The position numbers were made by a program, and so were the translations under genes. Below the pieces are notes generated by a model. The model was not told where the DNA came from and did no database searches. It saw nothing but the letters and a program-made list of their open reading frames with translations. This document shows, one piece after another, positions 28,475-44,415 of a DNA stretch of 64,000 bases (position 1 is the stretch's first letter; the number at the start of each line of letters is the position of its first letter). The stretch lies in the NCBI RefSeq assembly GCF_056746865.1, contig NZ_CM163382.1. One strand, written 5' to 3'.

Positions 28475-29647
28475 TCAGGCCTTATGGTGGAAATAATCAC
28501 TCAGGCGAGAAAACATGCTGCCTTCCCCGACAGATTCCAGGGTAACCAGCGGCCAGTGCGCCACCTGTTTATCACGGTCGTAAAGTTCAATTTCCCCTAC
28601 CCGCTGATGGGCGCTAATTGGCGCGGTGAGCTCTTTACCATCAAGGGTATATTTGGCTTTGATATGTGGAATTTCGGCTTTCGGTAGCACCATCCAGAAC
28701 TCTTGTTCCGTTCCCAGGTCGATATTTTCTTTATCGCCATACCAGATGCGTTCCGTTCCGACCTTTTTCCCACGGTGCAAAATTTGCACCGTAGTAAAGT
28801 TTTGTTGCCCCCAACGCAGTAATTTTCTTGCCTCTTCCTCACGACCTTTTGCACTGTCAGCCCCCATTACCACTGCAATGAGACGACGCTGCCCATCTAC
28901 AGCCGAAGCAATGAGATTAAACCCGGCACCAGAAGTATGACCCGTTTTCAGGCCGTCAACATTCATGGTTTTATCCCACAACAACCCGTTACGGTTTTGC
29001 TGGGTGATACCGTTCCAGGTGAGACTTTTCTCACTGTACATATGATAAAACTCGGGCTCGCCGTGGATGATAGCGCGAGAAAGCACAGCTAAATCATAAG
29101 CCGAGCTATGCTGGCCAGGTGCATCCAGACCATGCACTGTTTCAAAATGCGTATCCTTGAGATGCAACTTCTCGGCATAGTTGTTCATCATTTCAACAAA
29201 CTGCCGTTGCCCACCGGCAATATAGTCAGCCAATGCAACACAAGCGTCATTTCCGGAATCCACAATTAAACCACGGCTTAAATCACGTACCGATACGCGA
29301 TCGCCCTCTTTCAAAAACATCAGTGAAGAACCGACAAACACCGGATTATCTTTCGCCCACGCATCGCGCCCCACGGTGACAATATCGTCTGGCGTAATGC
29401 GATGACTATCGATAGCGCGATCCACGACATAGCCCGTCATCAGCTTTGTCAGGCTGGCGGGATTGCGCTGTTGATGCTCATTACCCGCGGTGAGGATCTG
29501 TCCGGTGGTGTAATCCATCAGTACCCAGGACCCGGCATGAATCTCTGGAGGCTGAGGTGAAAAAGGAATGTTTTCCGCCGCAAAACCAGACGATAAGTTA
29601 AAAACGAACAAAGAAGCAGCAATAATAAGACGGCGTTTCAACAGCAA
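28475..29647 (-). CDS. dacD: D-alanyl-D-alanine carboxypeptidase DacD (PBP6b)
   Basis: Signal peptide plus SxxK-type penicillin-binding protein fold sequence; conserved neighbour of sbcB. Confidence 0.92.
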   Translation of the reverse strand: MLLKRRLIIAASLFVFNLSSGFAAENIPFSPQPPEIHAGSWVLMDYTTGQILTAGNEHQQRNPASLTKLMTGYVVDRAIDSHRITPDDIVTVGRDAWAKDNPVFVGSSLMFLKEGDRVSVRDLSRGLIVDSGNDACVALADYIAGGQRQFVEMMNNYAEKLHLKDTHFETVHGLDAPGQHSSAYDLAVLSRAIIHGEPEFYHMYSEKSLTWNGITQQNRNGLLWDKTMNVDGLKTGHTSGAGFNLIASAVDGQRRLIAVVMGADSAKGREEEARKLLRWGQQNFTTVQILHRGKKVGTERIWYGDKENIDLGTEQEFWMVLPKAEIPHIKAKYTLDGKELTAPISAHQRVGEIELYDRDKQVAHWPLVTLESVGEGSMFSRLSDYFHHKA

Positions 29648-29849
29648 ACCCTCAGGAGTTTCAAATAGCTGTTCTTTTTACGGAAATACTTATGAACTGG
29701 CTGGAATAAAGTGCAAGAAAATGTGACTACCCTCTCATTTTCATCTGACATGATCTGTTGCTACTCGCTGTCAAATTGTCGCGCTAAAGCTGATTAGCAC
29801 GGTGATATTTGATACTCTGGCAGACAGCAGAAATAACGGATTTAACCTA

Positions 29850-31277
29850 ATGATGAATGACGGTAAGCAACAATCTACCTTTTTGTTTCACGATTACGAA
29901 ACCTTTGGCACGCACCCCGCGTTAGATCGCCCTGCACAGTTCGCAGCCATTCGCACCGATAGCGAATTCAATGTCATCGGCGAACCCGAAGTCTTTTACT
30001 GCAAGCCCGCGGATGACTATTTACCCCAGCCTGGAGCCGTATTAATTACAGGTATTACCCCGCAGGAAGCACGGGCGAAAGGAGAAAACGAAGCCGCGTT
30101 TGCCGCCCGTATTCACTCGCTTTTTACCGTACCGAAGACCTGTATTCTGGGCTACAACAATGTGCGTTTCGACGACGAAGTCACACGCAACGTTTTTTAT
30201 CGTAATTTCTACGATCCTTACGCCTGGAGCTGGCAGCATGATAACTCGCGCTGGGATTTACTGGATGTTATGCGTGCCTGTTATGCCCTGCGCCCGGAAG
30301 GAATAAACTGGCCTGAAAATGATGACGGTCTACCGAGCTTTCGCCTTGAGCATTTAACCAAAGCGAATGGAATTGAACATAGCAACGCCCACGATGCGAT
30401 GGCTGATGTGTACGCCACTATTGCGATGGCGAAACTGGTAAAAACGCGTCAGCCACGTCTGTTTGAATATCTCTTTACCCATCGTAATAAACACAAACTG
30501 ATGGCGTTGATTGATGTTCCGCAGATGAAACCCCTGGTTCACGTTTCCGGAATGTTTGGGGCATGGCGCGGCAATACCAGCTGGGTGGCACCGCTGGCGT
30601 GGCATCCTGAAAATCGCAATGCCGTAATTATGGTGGATTTGGCAGGAGACATTTCGCCATTACTGGAGCTGGATAGCGACACATTGCGCGAGCGTTTATA
30701 TACCGCAAAAGCCGATCTTGGCGATAACGCCGCCGTTCCGATTAAGCTGGTGCACATCAATAAATGTCCGGTACTGGCCCAGGCGAATACGCTACGCCCG
30801 GAAGATGCCGACCGACTGGGAATTAATCGTCAGCATTGCCTCGATAACCTAAAAATTCTGCGTGAAAATCCGCAAGTGCGTGAAAAAGTGGTGGCGATAT
30901 TCGCGGAAGCCGAACCGTTTACGCCTTCAGATAACGTGGATGCACAGCTTTATAACGGCTTTTTCAGTGACGCCGATCGTGCAGCAATGAAAATTGTGCT
31001 GGAAACCGAGCCGCGTAATTTACCGGCACTGGATATCACTTTTGTTGATAAACGAATTGAAAAACTGTTGTTCAATTATCGGGCGCGCAACTTCCCGGGG
31101 ACGCTGGATTATGCCGAGCAGCAACGCTGGCTTGAGCACCGCCGCCAGGTCTTCACGCCAGAGTTTTTGCAGGGCTACGCTGATGAATTGCAGATGCTGG
31201 CACAACAGTATGCCGATGACAAAGAGAAAGTGGCGCTGTTAAAAGCGCTTTGGCAGTACGCGGAAGAGATCGTCTAA
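29850..31277 (+). CDS. sbcB: exodeoxyribonuclease I
   Basis: MMNDGKQQSTFLFHDYETFGTHPALDRPAQFAAIRTD...; ATG at 29850. Confidence 0.95.
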   Translation: MMNDGKQQSTFLFHDYETFGTHPALDRPAQFAAIRTDSEFNVIGEPEVFYCKPADDYLPQPGAVLITGITPQEARAKGENEAAFAARIHSLFTVPKTCILGYNNVRFDDEVTRNVFYRNFYDPYAWSWQHDNSRWDLLDVMRACYALRPEGINWPENDDGLPSFRLEHLTKANGIEHSNAHDAMADVYATIAMAKLVKTRQPRLFEYLFTHRNKHKLMALIDVPQMKPLVHVSGMFGAWRGNTSWVAPLAWHPENRNAVIMVDLAGDISPLLELDSDTLRERLYTAKADLGDNAAVPIKLVHINKCPVLAQANTLRPEDADRLGINRQHCLDNLKILRENPQVREKVVAIFAEAEPFTPSDNVDAQLYNGFFSDADRAAMKIVLETEPRNLPALDITFVDKRIEKLLFNYRARNFPGTLDYAEQQRWLEHRRQVFTPEFLQGYADELQMLAQQYADDKEKVALLKALWQYAEEIV

Positions 31278-31319
31278 TTTGAAGCCTCCGCCGCTGGTAC
31301 GGCGGAGGACAATGTTGAG

Positions 31320-31547
31320 TCAGGCTTTTTGAACGGTGATGCTCCACGCTGCATCGCCAATCTGCTGATAATCGGTGATGGCATGTCCTTCTTCTGCCGC
31401 CCACTGTGGGATTGCTTCAGTTGCCTGGGTGCAATCAAACTCAATTACCAACTCATCGCCGCTGGCCATTTCTGCCAGTGCTGCTTTTGCTTCTATGAGT
31501 GGAAACGGACAGACCTGCGTCACCACATCCAGCTTTTTAATCGCCAT
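31320..31547 (-). CDS. yeeD: TusA-like sulfur carrier protein YeeD
   Basis: CPFP motif (VCPFPLIEAKAAL), 75 aa. Confidence 0.9.
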   Translation of the reverse strand: MAIKKLDVVTQVCPFPLIEAKAALAEMASGDELVIEFDCTQATEAIPQWAAEEGHAITDYQQIGDAAWSITVQKA

Positions 31548-31560
31548 CTTTACACCTTAC

Positions 31561-32619
31561 TTAATTTGCCGCAGCAGTTGCCAGTCGCGCCTTACGCTGC
31601 GGTCGAACATACACAAGCCAGGACGCAGTCCAGACTCCGAGAATCATAAATACAAGGCCAATCCAGCCCTGCCAGGTCATCATTGCAGTCATGACCAGTC
31701 CATTACCGATAGAGCAACCACCTGCAATGCTGGCACCGAAGCCCATCAGTACACCACCTAACCCGCTACGTAATGTTGTTTGTGCATCAGCAGCGCGAAC
31801 GCGGAACTCACGGCTCGCTTTGGCGGCAATAAATGACCCCACGAAGATCCCTAACACCAGGAAAACGCCCCAGTTAATGTATTTCACGTCACCCGCGACC
31901 AGAAATTGCAGAATATTGGCCGTTGGGGAAGTGATGCCTAACCCAAACATACGTCCGGTTGCTTCACTCAGGGGCCAGGCTAAAAGCGCAATCAAACCGA
32001 TGAGTACAGCTGTGACAAAGGGATGCCAGCGTTTTTCAAACAGAATATGAGCGATCCCGGCTCGGCGCGGCGGTAAGGTCGCGACTTTGAGTTTTGGCTT
32101 CTTCAACTCTTTCATCACCACCCAGAGCGTTATCACCAGCAAAACGGCAACCAACGGCCACACAGACAAATTAAAAGTATCAGCAATAGAGTTATGTTCA
32201 GTAGTGTAGTGCTGCAAGGTTTGATTTAAACCACTGGCGTGTGGAGAACGCATCACCGCACTCATCACCATATAAGTGAAAAGCGCGATCCAACTGCCGA
32301 TCAATCCCTCACCCGCGCGATACCAGGTCCCGGTGGCACATCCACCCGCCAGAACAATTCCCAGCCCGAAAAGATACCCACCTATAACAGTACCAAGCCA
32401 CGGGAACGCCCCGGCTTCGTAAGTCAGTAGGCCCGCCTGAATTAACGCAAAAACCCCCACGCTTTGTACCGAAATTGCAATCAGCAAGGCGTAAAACATG
32501 CGATTATTTTTCGCGATATACATATCGCGAAAACCACCTGTCAGGCAAAAACGCCCACGCTGCATGACAAATCCCAGCAGAGCACCACAAATTAGCCCGC
32601 TTAATATCATTGAAAACAT
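31561..32619 (-). CDS. yeeE: thiosulfate transporter YeeE (TsuA)
   Basis: 352-aa membrane protein directly upstream of yeeD on the same strand. Confidence 0.9.
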   Translation of the reverse strand: MFSMILSGLICGALLGFVMQRGRFCLTGGFRDMYIAKNNRMFYALLIAISVQSVGVFALIQAGLLTYEAGAFPWLGTVIGGYLFGLGIVLAGGCATGTWYRAGEGLIGSWIALFTYMVMSAVMRSPHASGLNQTLQHYTTEHNSIADTFNLSVWPLVAVLLVITLWVVMKELKKPKLKVATLPPRRAGIAHILFEKRWHPFVTAVLIGLIALLAWPLSEATGRMFGLGITSPTANILQFLVAGDVKYINWGVFLVLGIFVGSFIAAKASREFRVRAADAQTTLRSGLGGVLMGFGASIAGGCSIGNGLVMTAMMTWQGWIGLVFMILGVWTASWLVYVRPQRKARLATAAAN

Positions 32620-32797
32620 AAATTAATTAACCAGATGAATGTTAATGAGGAAATTATTCATGACTGGTGGAATGCAGACCAATAACCAAATTCTCTAAAT
32701 TAGAACAAATGGTTATTAATGAGGATTTCGATAAAAAAGAATAAAAAAACCGGAGCCAAATATTCATTCGACTCCGGTTGATTATTAGAAAAGATGA

Positions 32798-34156
32798 TTA
32801 TGCTACGTCTTCGTACTGCGGAACCGGGTTACGGAAGCTCTTGGTGACGCAAGCCAGGTAAATCAGACCGATAGCAGCCCAGATCAGACCCAGAACCATT
32901 GAGCTTTCTTCCAGGTTAACCCACAGCGCACCAACGGTCAGCGCACCACACATCGGCAGGAACAGATACTGGAAGTGATCTTTCAGCGTCTTGTTACGCT
33001 TCTCACGGATCCAGAACTGCGAGATGACCGACAGGTTAACGAAGGTGAACGCCACCAACGCACCAAAGTTGATCAGCGCCGTAGCCATTACCAGGTCGAA
33101 GTTGATTGCCAGCAGGGCAATCGCGCCAACCAGGATGATGTTCATTGCCGGAGTACGCCATTTCGGGTGAACATAACCGAAGAAGCTTTTCGGGAATACG
33201 CCGTCACGACCCATTACGTACATCAGTCGCGCAACGCCTGCGTGCGCCGCCATACCAGACGCCAGTACGGTAATGGTGGAGAAGATCAGCGCACCAACCT
33301 GGAATGCTTTACCTGCAACATACAGCATGATTTCAGGCTGTGACGCATCCGGATCTTTAAAGCGAGAGATATCCGGGAAGTACAGCTGCAGGAAGTAAGT
33401 TGCAAAGATGAAGATCATGCCGCCAATCAGCGCGGTCAGGAAAATCGCACGCGGGATCACGCGCTCTGCATCTTTGGTTTCTTCCGACAGGTTGCTGATG
33501 CCGTCAAAGCCGGTAAAGGAGAAGCACAGGATTGTCGCCCCGGTAATCATCGGGATAACATGCGCATCGCCAGACCAGAACGGACGAGTGCTCGCCAGCG
33601 TACCAGCGCCTTCACCTTCAAATACGCCATAAACAACCATGCCCAGAATCACCGCGATCAGCACTACCTGCAACACGACGATTACAGTGTTGAAGTTCGC
33701 TACGGATTTCAGACTACGCAGGTTAAAGGCGGTCATAAAGGCCACCAGCGCCACCACAAACATCCACGATGGGATGGAAGGCACCAGAGCTTCAAAATAG
33801 ATTTTCGCCAGCAGAATGTTGATCATCGGCGCGAACAGATAGTCGAGCAGAGAAGACCAACCCACCATAAAGCCGACAGTCGGGCTAATGGATTTCTGGG
33901 CGTAAGTGTATGCAGAGCCAGCAGAAGGATAGCGGCGAACCAGTTTCCCGTAGCTCAGAGCCGTAAACAGGATCGCAATCAATGCGAACGCATAGGCTGT
34001 CGGCACATGACCATCCGTGAGGCCTGAAACGATACCAAAAGTATCAAACAGCGTCATCGGCTGCATATAGGCAAGACCCATCATTACAACCGGAACTAAC
34101 GTAAGCGTTTTACGCAATTCCACGCGAGAGGTGTTTGGAGTAACGTTATGCGACAT
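32798..34156 (-). CDS. plaP: putrescine importer PlaP (YeeF), APC family
   Basis: [31 protein letters not shown]...; start codon at 34154-34156. Confidence 0.92.
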   Translation of the reverse strand: MSHNVTPNTSRVELRKTLTLVPVVMMGLAYMQPMTLFDTFGIVSGLTDGHVPTAYAFALIAILFTALSYGKLVRRYPSAGSAYTYAQKSISPTVGFMVGWSSLLDYLFAPMINILLAKIYFEALVPSIPSWMFVVALVAFMTAFNLRSLKSVANFNTVIVVLQVVLIAVILGMVVYGVFEGEGAGTLASTRPFWSGDAHVIPMITGATILCFSFTGFDGISNLSEETKDAERVIPRAIFLTALIGGMIFIFATYFLQLYFPDISRFKDPDASQPEIMLYVAGKAFQVGALIFSTITVLASGMAAHAGVARLMYVMGRDGVFPKSFFGYVHPKWRTPAMNIILVGAIALLAINFDLVMATALINFGALVAFTFVNLSVISQFWIREKRNKTLKDHFQYLFLPMCGALTVGALWVNLEESSMVLGLIWAAIGLIYLACVTKSFRNPVPQYEDVA

Positions 34157-34422
34157 GGTCATTCTCCTTTACGGTGATAACCGTCGCGTAAGCAAAAAAT
34201 TGCCCCATTTTTTTGGATTCCTCAGCGACAACAACTGTCGATTTTTAGTAAATATCTATCCGGTACGAAGCCCGGCCTCTTGGTATGAATGATTGGTTTG
34301 AAGCAAAAAATAACCGACGCTGATGAAACGTCGGTTTTTAGTCATTTTTTGACAGCGGCGCATTGTGCCTAAATGGGGGGGAAATGACAAGAGAATGAGA
34401 GGCTTGTCATAATAATTTTTCT

Positions 34423-35352
34423 TTAAATGGCTGATTTTCCGTCATCAGATTTTGCATAAACACCGGCGATCGCACTATTTGCTAAAATTTCATCCCGCCA
34501 CCAGCCGCTGGCAAGCCCTGCGGTCTGTTCGTTCCAGCCAATCCAGACGGGTTCAAAGAGAGTTTGGGCGACCACTTTCTTCTCGATTAACGCGCCACTA
34601 TCGAGAAAACGTTGTGCCAGATAACGGGGTAAATAGCCGCAGCCGAGGCCGCTAATTTGCAGCTCCAGCTTGGTTTTAAAATCGAAAACGGTAATGGCTT
34701 CTTGTTCGTCGAGAAGTTGTGAGGCCGTAGAAGCGCCTGCCTGCGCAGTATCCCCCACCACAATCGCCCGATATCGCTTAATAATACGACGGTTTAACGG
34801 CTCTTCTTCCAGGGCTAACGGATGATGAGGCGCGACCGCAAAGACTTGTTCCAGATCGCCCAACCGTGAAAAACCAAACTCACTGGAAGATGGTGGCTCA
34901 TGCATCGCGCCAACAATAATATCCGCTCGCCCCTGAGTCAGGGCATCCCAGGAACCACCGAGTACGCCATTGATAAACTTCAGGCGCGTCACGCTATGAT
35001 GTTGATAAAAAGCTTCAATCAGTGGCGCAAGCAGAGAAAAAGGAAACGTGTCGTCCACGCCAATCACCAGCTCGTTTTCCCAGCCTTCATGCAGTTTGAT
35101 CGCCTGCTTTTCCAGTTCTCGCACGGTATGCAGAACTTCCCGCCCTTTCTCTAATAACATTTTTCCGGTACGGGTGAATTTAGCGCGGTGACCGCTACGA
35201 TCAAGCAATTGAATATTAAGGTCGCTTTCCAGCTTGTGAACGGTGTAACTCAGAGCGGACGGCGTCTTATAGAGTTTGGCCGACGCCGCCGCAAAACTGC
35301 CTTCTTTTTCTAAGGCATCGAGGATCATCAACACATCCAGCAGTGGTTTCAT
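34423..35352 (-). CDS. yeeY: LysR-type transcriptional regulator YeeY
   Basis: N-terminal HTH (FAAASAKLYKTPSALSYTVHKLE) and LysR substrate-binding domain. Confidence 0.9.
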   Translation of the reverse strand: MKPLLDVLMILDALEKEGSFAAASAKLYKTPSALSYTVHKLESDLNIQLLDRSGHRAKFTRTGKMLLEKGREVLHTVRELEKQAIKLHEGWENELVIGVDDTFPFSLLAPLIEAFYQHHSVTRLKFINGVLGGSWDALTQGRADIIVGAMHEPPSSSEFGFSRLGDLEQVFAVAPHHPLALEEEPLNRRIIKRYRAIVVGDTAQAGASTASQLLDEQEAITVFDFKTKLELQISGLGCGYLPRYLAQRFLDSGALIEKKVVAQTLFEPVWIGWNEQTAGLASGWWRDEILANSAIAGVYAKSDDGKSAI

Positions 35353-35397
35353 ACACGCCCCCTTGCAGTGCATGCGGCGTCCTGCTGGCGTGATCGT

Positions 35398-36222
35398 TTA
35401 CTCCAGCGGCATTACCAGCGGATCGGGATACTGGTATTCAAATCCCAGTTCATTACAAATCCGACTGCCATCAATAATCTTACCTTTGCCGCTGTCCAGA
35501 CTATTTCTGAACTGCGGAGGCTCCAGCCCCAGTAAACGGGCCATCTGCGGATAGAAAACATTACGCGCAGGGTGAGCTGGCGCACATATATTATAGATGT
35601 GTCCGCCTTTAGGTGCCTGTAACAACAGAGTGATAGCGCCAATAACATCTTCTAAATGGACTAAATTAACACCATGTTCACCATCAGGCGCGGTTTTTCC
35701 GGCAAAGAAGCGTCCGGGATGACGTCCCGGTCCGACCAGCCCCGCAAGACGCAGAATATCGACCGAAGTACCGGGTAAATTGTGCAGCCAGTCTTCGAGT
35801 TCTTCTAATACTCGTCCACTGTTGGTTACCGGATTACGCGGGGTAGTTTCTTTCACCGTGCCTTGCGCGTCGCCATAGACAGATGTTGAGCTGGTAAAAA
35901 TAATGCGGGGAATACGATGGGCCAGCGCGCTATCCACTAACTCTTGTACCGCTTGTAAATAGAACTCATCGCCGGGGCCGCTACGACGTGCCGGAAGCGT
36001 AATGACCAGCGCATCGACATCCATCAGGGCATCCAGATCGTCAGAATCGCAAACTAACTCAGGCTCCATGCGAAGCAGATAGCTATCAATGCCACTCATT
36101 CGGGCCGCTTCGACACCATCTTGTGTGGTTTTACTCCCGGTGACTTGCCAGCCTCGCGCTGAAAGTGACATCGCCAGCGGCATGCCTAACCACCCTAACC
36201 CGACAATTGCGACCTTTTTCAT
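35398..36222 (-). CDS. yeeZ: NAD-dependent epimerase/dehydratase-family protein YeeZ
   Basis: Rossmann motif VAIVGLGWLG; 274 aa. Confidence 0.9.
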   Translation of the reverse strand: MKKVAIVGLGWLGMPLAMSLSARGWQVTGSKTTQDGVEAARMSGIDSYLLRMEPELVCDSDDLDALMDVDALVITLPARRSGPGDEFYLQAVQELVDSALAHRIPRIIFTSSTSVYGDAQGTVKETTPRNPVTNSGRVLEELEDWLHNLPGTSVDILRLAGLVGPGRHPGRFFAGKTAPDGEHGVNLVHLEDVIGAITLLLQAPKGGHIYNICAPAHPARNVFYPQMARLLGLEPPQFRNSLDSGKGKIIDGSRICNELGFEYQYPDPLVMPLE

Positions 36223-36304
36223 CCGTTATCTCCTGATACACCTTAGATCTATAAGGCTACGCTAGCGTATCAAAACTGACAATTCATTCTATGAATGAAT
36301 CTGT

Positions 36305-36559
36305 TCAATAATGATAACGACATGCTGCAATGAGCAGTGAATCGTCGGTAACCGCGTATACCAGACGGTGCTCCTCTGTAATGCGTCGGGACCAGAAACC
36401 TGACAAATTATGTTTCAGGGGTTCTGGCTTCCCCTTACATTCAAATGGCGTTCTGCGGGTATCTTTGATAAGTTCATTGATCTTTTTAACAATTCGCTTA
36501 TCTGTTTCCTGCCAGTACAGATAATCATCCCATGATTCCTCAGACCAGATTAGTTTCAC
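36305..36559 (-). CDS. yoeB: YoeB toxin (RelE-fold ribosome-dependent mRNA interferase)
   Basis: [40 protein letters not shown]... Confidence 0.95.
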
Positions 36560-36807
36560 TCAATAATGTCCTTTTCTGTTCCTTTGCCTGATTTCAGGCT
36601 ATCGATTGAGTCCATCAATCTCCGGGCGTTAGCGGGGGAGCGCAGTAGATAAGCCGTCTCTTCCAGCGAGTTGTATTCTTCGAGTGACATCAGAACACAA
36701 GCCTCTCCATTCTGACGAGTAATAAGGATCGGGGCATGATCTTCAACGGCTTTCATCATTGTTGCCGACAAATTCTGACGCGCTTCGCTGTAGCTAATTG
36801 TACGCAT
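36556..36807 (-). CDS. yefM: YefM antitoxin
   Basis: [45 protein letters not shown]...; overlaps yoeB by 4 nt. Confidence 0.95.
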
Positions 36808-37089
36808 GTCAATCTCCTCTTTTGTACAGTTCATTGTACAATGATGGGCGTTAATTAACTATTTATTAATTAGTTTGTAGATCAAGGTATTGTCAGTGAG
36901 ACGAAAATCCAGGCTTCGCTATTTTTGGTGCCGTCAGCTTAGAGGACAGTCCTCTTAGCCCCCTCCTTTCCCCGCTCATTCATTAAACAAATCCATTGCC
37001 ATAAAATATATAAAAAAGCCCTTGCTTTCTAACGTGAAAGTGGTTTAGGTTAAAAGACATCAGTTGAATAAAAATTCACAGAGACTTTT

Positions 37090-37140
37090 ATGACACGCGT
37101 TCAATTTAAACACCACCATCATCACCATCATCCTGACTAG
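37090..37140 (+). CDS. hisL: his operon leader peptide (MTRVQFKHHHHHHHPD)
   Basis: 16-codon ORF with seven consecutive His codons, read directly from the sequence. Confidence 0.95.
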   Translation: MTRVQFKHHHHHHHPD

Positions 37141-37205
37141 TCTTTCAGGCGATGTGTGCTGGAAGACATTCAGATCTTCCAGTGGTACATGAACGCATGA
37201 GAAAG

Positions 37206-37240
37206 CCCCCGGAAGATCACCTTCCGGGGGCTTTTTTATT
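37206..37240 (+). terminator. his attenuator terminator
   Basis: cccccggaag / cttccggggg stem followed by cttttttatt. Confidence 0.9.
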
Positions 37241-37285
37241 GCGCGGTTGATAACGGTTCAGACAGGTTTAAAGAGGAATAAGAAA

Positions 37286-38185
37286 ATGACAGACAACACT
37301 CGTTTACGCATAGCTATGCAGAAATCCGGCCGTTTAAGTGATGACTCACGTGAATTGCTGGCGCGCTGTGGCATTAAAATCAATCTTCACACCCAGCGCC
37401 TGATCGCGATGGCAGAAAACATGCCGATTGATATTCTGCGCGTGCGTGACGACGACATTCCCGGTCTGGTAATGGACGGCGTGGTAGACCTTGGGATTAT
37501 CGGCGAAAACGTGCTGGAAGAAGAGCTGCTTAACCGCCGAGCCCAGGGTGAAGATCCGCGCTACTTTACCCTGCGTCGTCTGGATTTCGGCGGCTGCCGA
37601 CTTTCACTGGCAACGCCGGTTGATGAAGCCTGGGATGGCCCACTCTCCTTAAACGGTAAACGTATCGCCACCTCTTATCCTCACCTGCTCAAGCGTTATC
37701 TCGACCAGAAAGGCATCTCTTTTAAATCCTGCTTACTGAACGGTTCTGTTGAAGTCGCCCCGCGTGCCGGACTGGCGGATGCGATTTGCGATCTGGTTTC
37801 CACCGGTGCCACGCTGGAAGCAAACGGCCTGCGCGAAGTCGAAGTTATCTACCGCTCGAAAGCTTGCCTGATCCAACGCGATGGCGAAATGGAAGAATCC
37901 AAACAGCAACTGATCGACAAACTGCTGACCCGTATTCAGGGCGTGATCCAGGCGCGCGAATCAAAATACATCATGATGCACGCACCGACCGAACGTCTGG
38001 ATGAAGTCATCGCCCTGCTGCCAGGTGCCGAACGCCCAACCATTCTGCCGCTGGCGGGTGACCAACAACGCGTAGCGATGCACATGGTCAGTAGCGAAAC
38101 CCTGTTCTGGGAAACGATGGAAAAACTGAAAGCGCTGGGTGCCAGTTCAATCCTGGTCCTGCCGATTGAGAAGATGATGGAGTGA
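37286..38185 (+). CDS. hisG: ATP phosphoribosyltransferase
   Basis: [34 protein letters not shown]... Confidence 0.97.
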
Positions 38186-38190
38186 TCGCC

Positions 38191-40561
<2,371 letters not shown>

Positions 40562-40562
<1 letters not shown>

Positions 40563-41628
40563 TGAGTCAGAAGTATCTTTTTATCGATCGCGATGGAACC
40601 CTGATTAGCGAACCGCCGAGTGATTTTCAGGTGGACCGTTTTGACAAACTCGCCTTTGAACCAGACGTGATCCCGGAACTGCTGAAGCTGCAAAAAGCGG
40701 GCTATAAACTGGTGATGATCACCAACCAGGATGGTCTGGGGACGCAAAGTTTCCCGCAGGCGAATTTCGATGGCCCGCACAACCTGATGATGCAGATCTT
40801 CACCTCGCAAGGCGTGCAGTTTGATGAAGTGCTGATTTGTCCGCACCTGCCCGCAGATGAGTGCGACTGCCGTAAACCGAAAGTAAAACTGGTGGAGCGT
40901 TATCTGGCTGAGCAAGCGATGGATCGTGCCAATAGTTATGTGATTGGCGATCGCGCGACCGACATTCAACTGGCGGAAAACATGGGCATTAATGGTTTAC
41001 GCTACAACCGCGAAACCCTGAACTGGCCGATGATTGGCGAGCAACTCACTAAACGAGACCGTTACGCCCATGTAGTGCGCAACACCAAAGAGACGCAAAT
41101 TGACGTTCAGGTGTGGCTGGATCGCGAAGGTGGCAGCAAGATTAACACCGGCGTTGGCTTCTTTGATCACATGCTGGATCAGATCGCCACCCACGGCGGT
41201 TTCCGTATGGAAATCAACGTCAAAGGCGATCTCTATATCGACGATCACCACACCGTCGAAGATACCGGCCTGGCGCTGGGCGAAGCGTTAAAAATTGCCC
41301 TCGGCGACAAACGCGGTATTTGCCGCTTTGGTTTTGTGCTGCCGATGGACGAATGCCTTGCCCGCTGCGCGCTGGATATCTCTGGTCGCCCGCACCTGGA
41401 ATATAAAGCTGAGTTTACCTACCAGCGCGTGGGCGATCTCAGCACCGAGATGATCGAGCACTTCTTCCGTTCGCTCTCTTACACCATGGGCGTGACGTTG
41501 CACCTGAAAACCAAAGGTAAAAACGATCATCACCGTGTAGAGAGCCTGTTCAAAGCCTTTGGTCGCACCCTGCGCCAGGCCATCCGCGTGGAAGGCGATA
41601 CCCTGCCCTCGTCGAAAGGAGTGCTGTA

Positions 41629-41629
<1 letters not shown>
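40562..41629 (+). CDS. hisB: bifunctional imidazoleglycerol-phosphate dehydratase / histidinol-phosphatase
   Basis: [25 protein letters not shown]... Confidence 0.97.
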
Positions 41630-43707
<2,078 letters not shown>

Positions 43708-43714
<7 letters not shown>

Positions 43715-44319
43715 CAGAACAACAACGTCGCGAACTGGACTGGGAAAAAACCGACGGACTTATGCCGGTGATTGTGCAACACGCGGTATCTGGCGAAGTG
43801 TTAATGCTGGGCTATATGAACCCGGAAGCCTTAGACAAAACCATCGAAAGCGGCAAAGTCACCTTCTTCTCGCGCACTAAACAGCGACTATGGACCAAAG
43901 GCGAAACGTCGGGCAATTTCCTCAACGTAGTAAATATTGCGCCGGACTGCGACAACGACACGCTACTGGTACTGGCGAATCCTATCGGACCAACCTGCCA
44001 CAAAGGCACCAGCAGCTGCTTCGGCGACACCGCTCACCAATGGCTGTTCCTGTATCAACTGGAACAACTGCTCGCCGAACGCAAATCTGCCGACCCGGAA
44101 ACCTCCTATACCGCCAAACTGTATGCCAGCGGCACCAAACGCATTGCGCAGAAAGTGGGCGAAGAAGGCGTAGAAACCGCACTGGCAGCGACGGTACATG
44201 ACCGCTTTGAGCTGACCAACGAGGCATCTGACTTGATGTATCACCTGCTGGTGTTGTTGCAGGATCAGGATCTGGATTTAACAACGGTGATTGAGAACCT
44301 GCGTAAACGTCATCAGTGA
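43708..44319 (+). CDS. hisI: bifunctional phosphoribosyl-AMP cyclohydrolase / phosphoribosyl-ATP pyrophosphatase
   Basis: 203-aa ORF ending the his operon. Confidence 0.97.
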
Positions 44320-44360
44320 GTTGCGGGGTAAGCGGATGCGATGTTGTCGTCGCATCCGGC

Positions 44361-44400
44361 AAAAAAAACGGGCAAGGTGTCACCACCCTGCCCATTTTCT
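44361..44400. terminator. bidirectional intrinsic terminator between hisI and wzzB
   Basis: gggcaaggtg / caccctgccc hairpin flanked by an A8 tract on one side and a T-rich tract on the other. Confidence 0.75.
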
Positions 44401-44415
44401 TTAAAACCGAAAAGA

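Noticed and set aside
37108-37131. Run of CAC/CAT codons that could be read as a microsatellite
   Set aside because: It is the seven-His-codon control region of the hisL leader peptide, followed by the attenuator hairpin.
43982-44395. 137-aa minus-strand ORF overlapping hisI and the terminator
   Set aside because: Antisense to the conserved hisI frame and runs through the bidirectional terminator hairpin; spurious.
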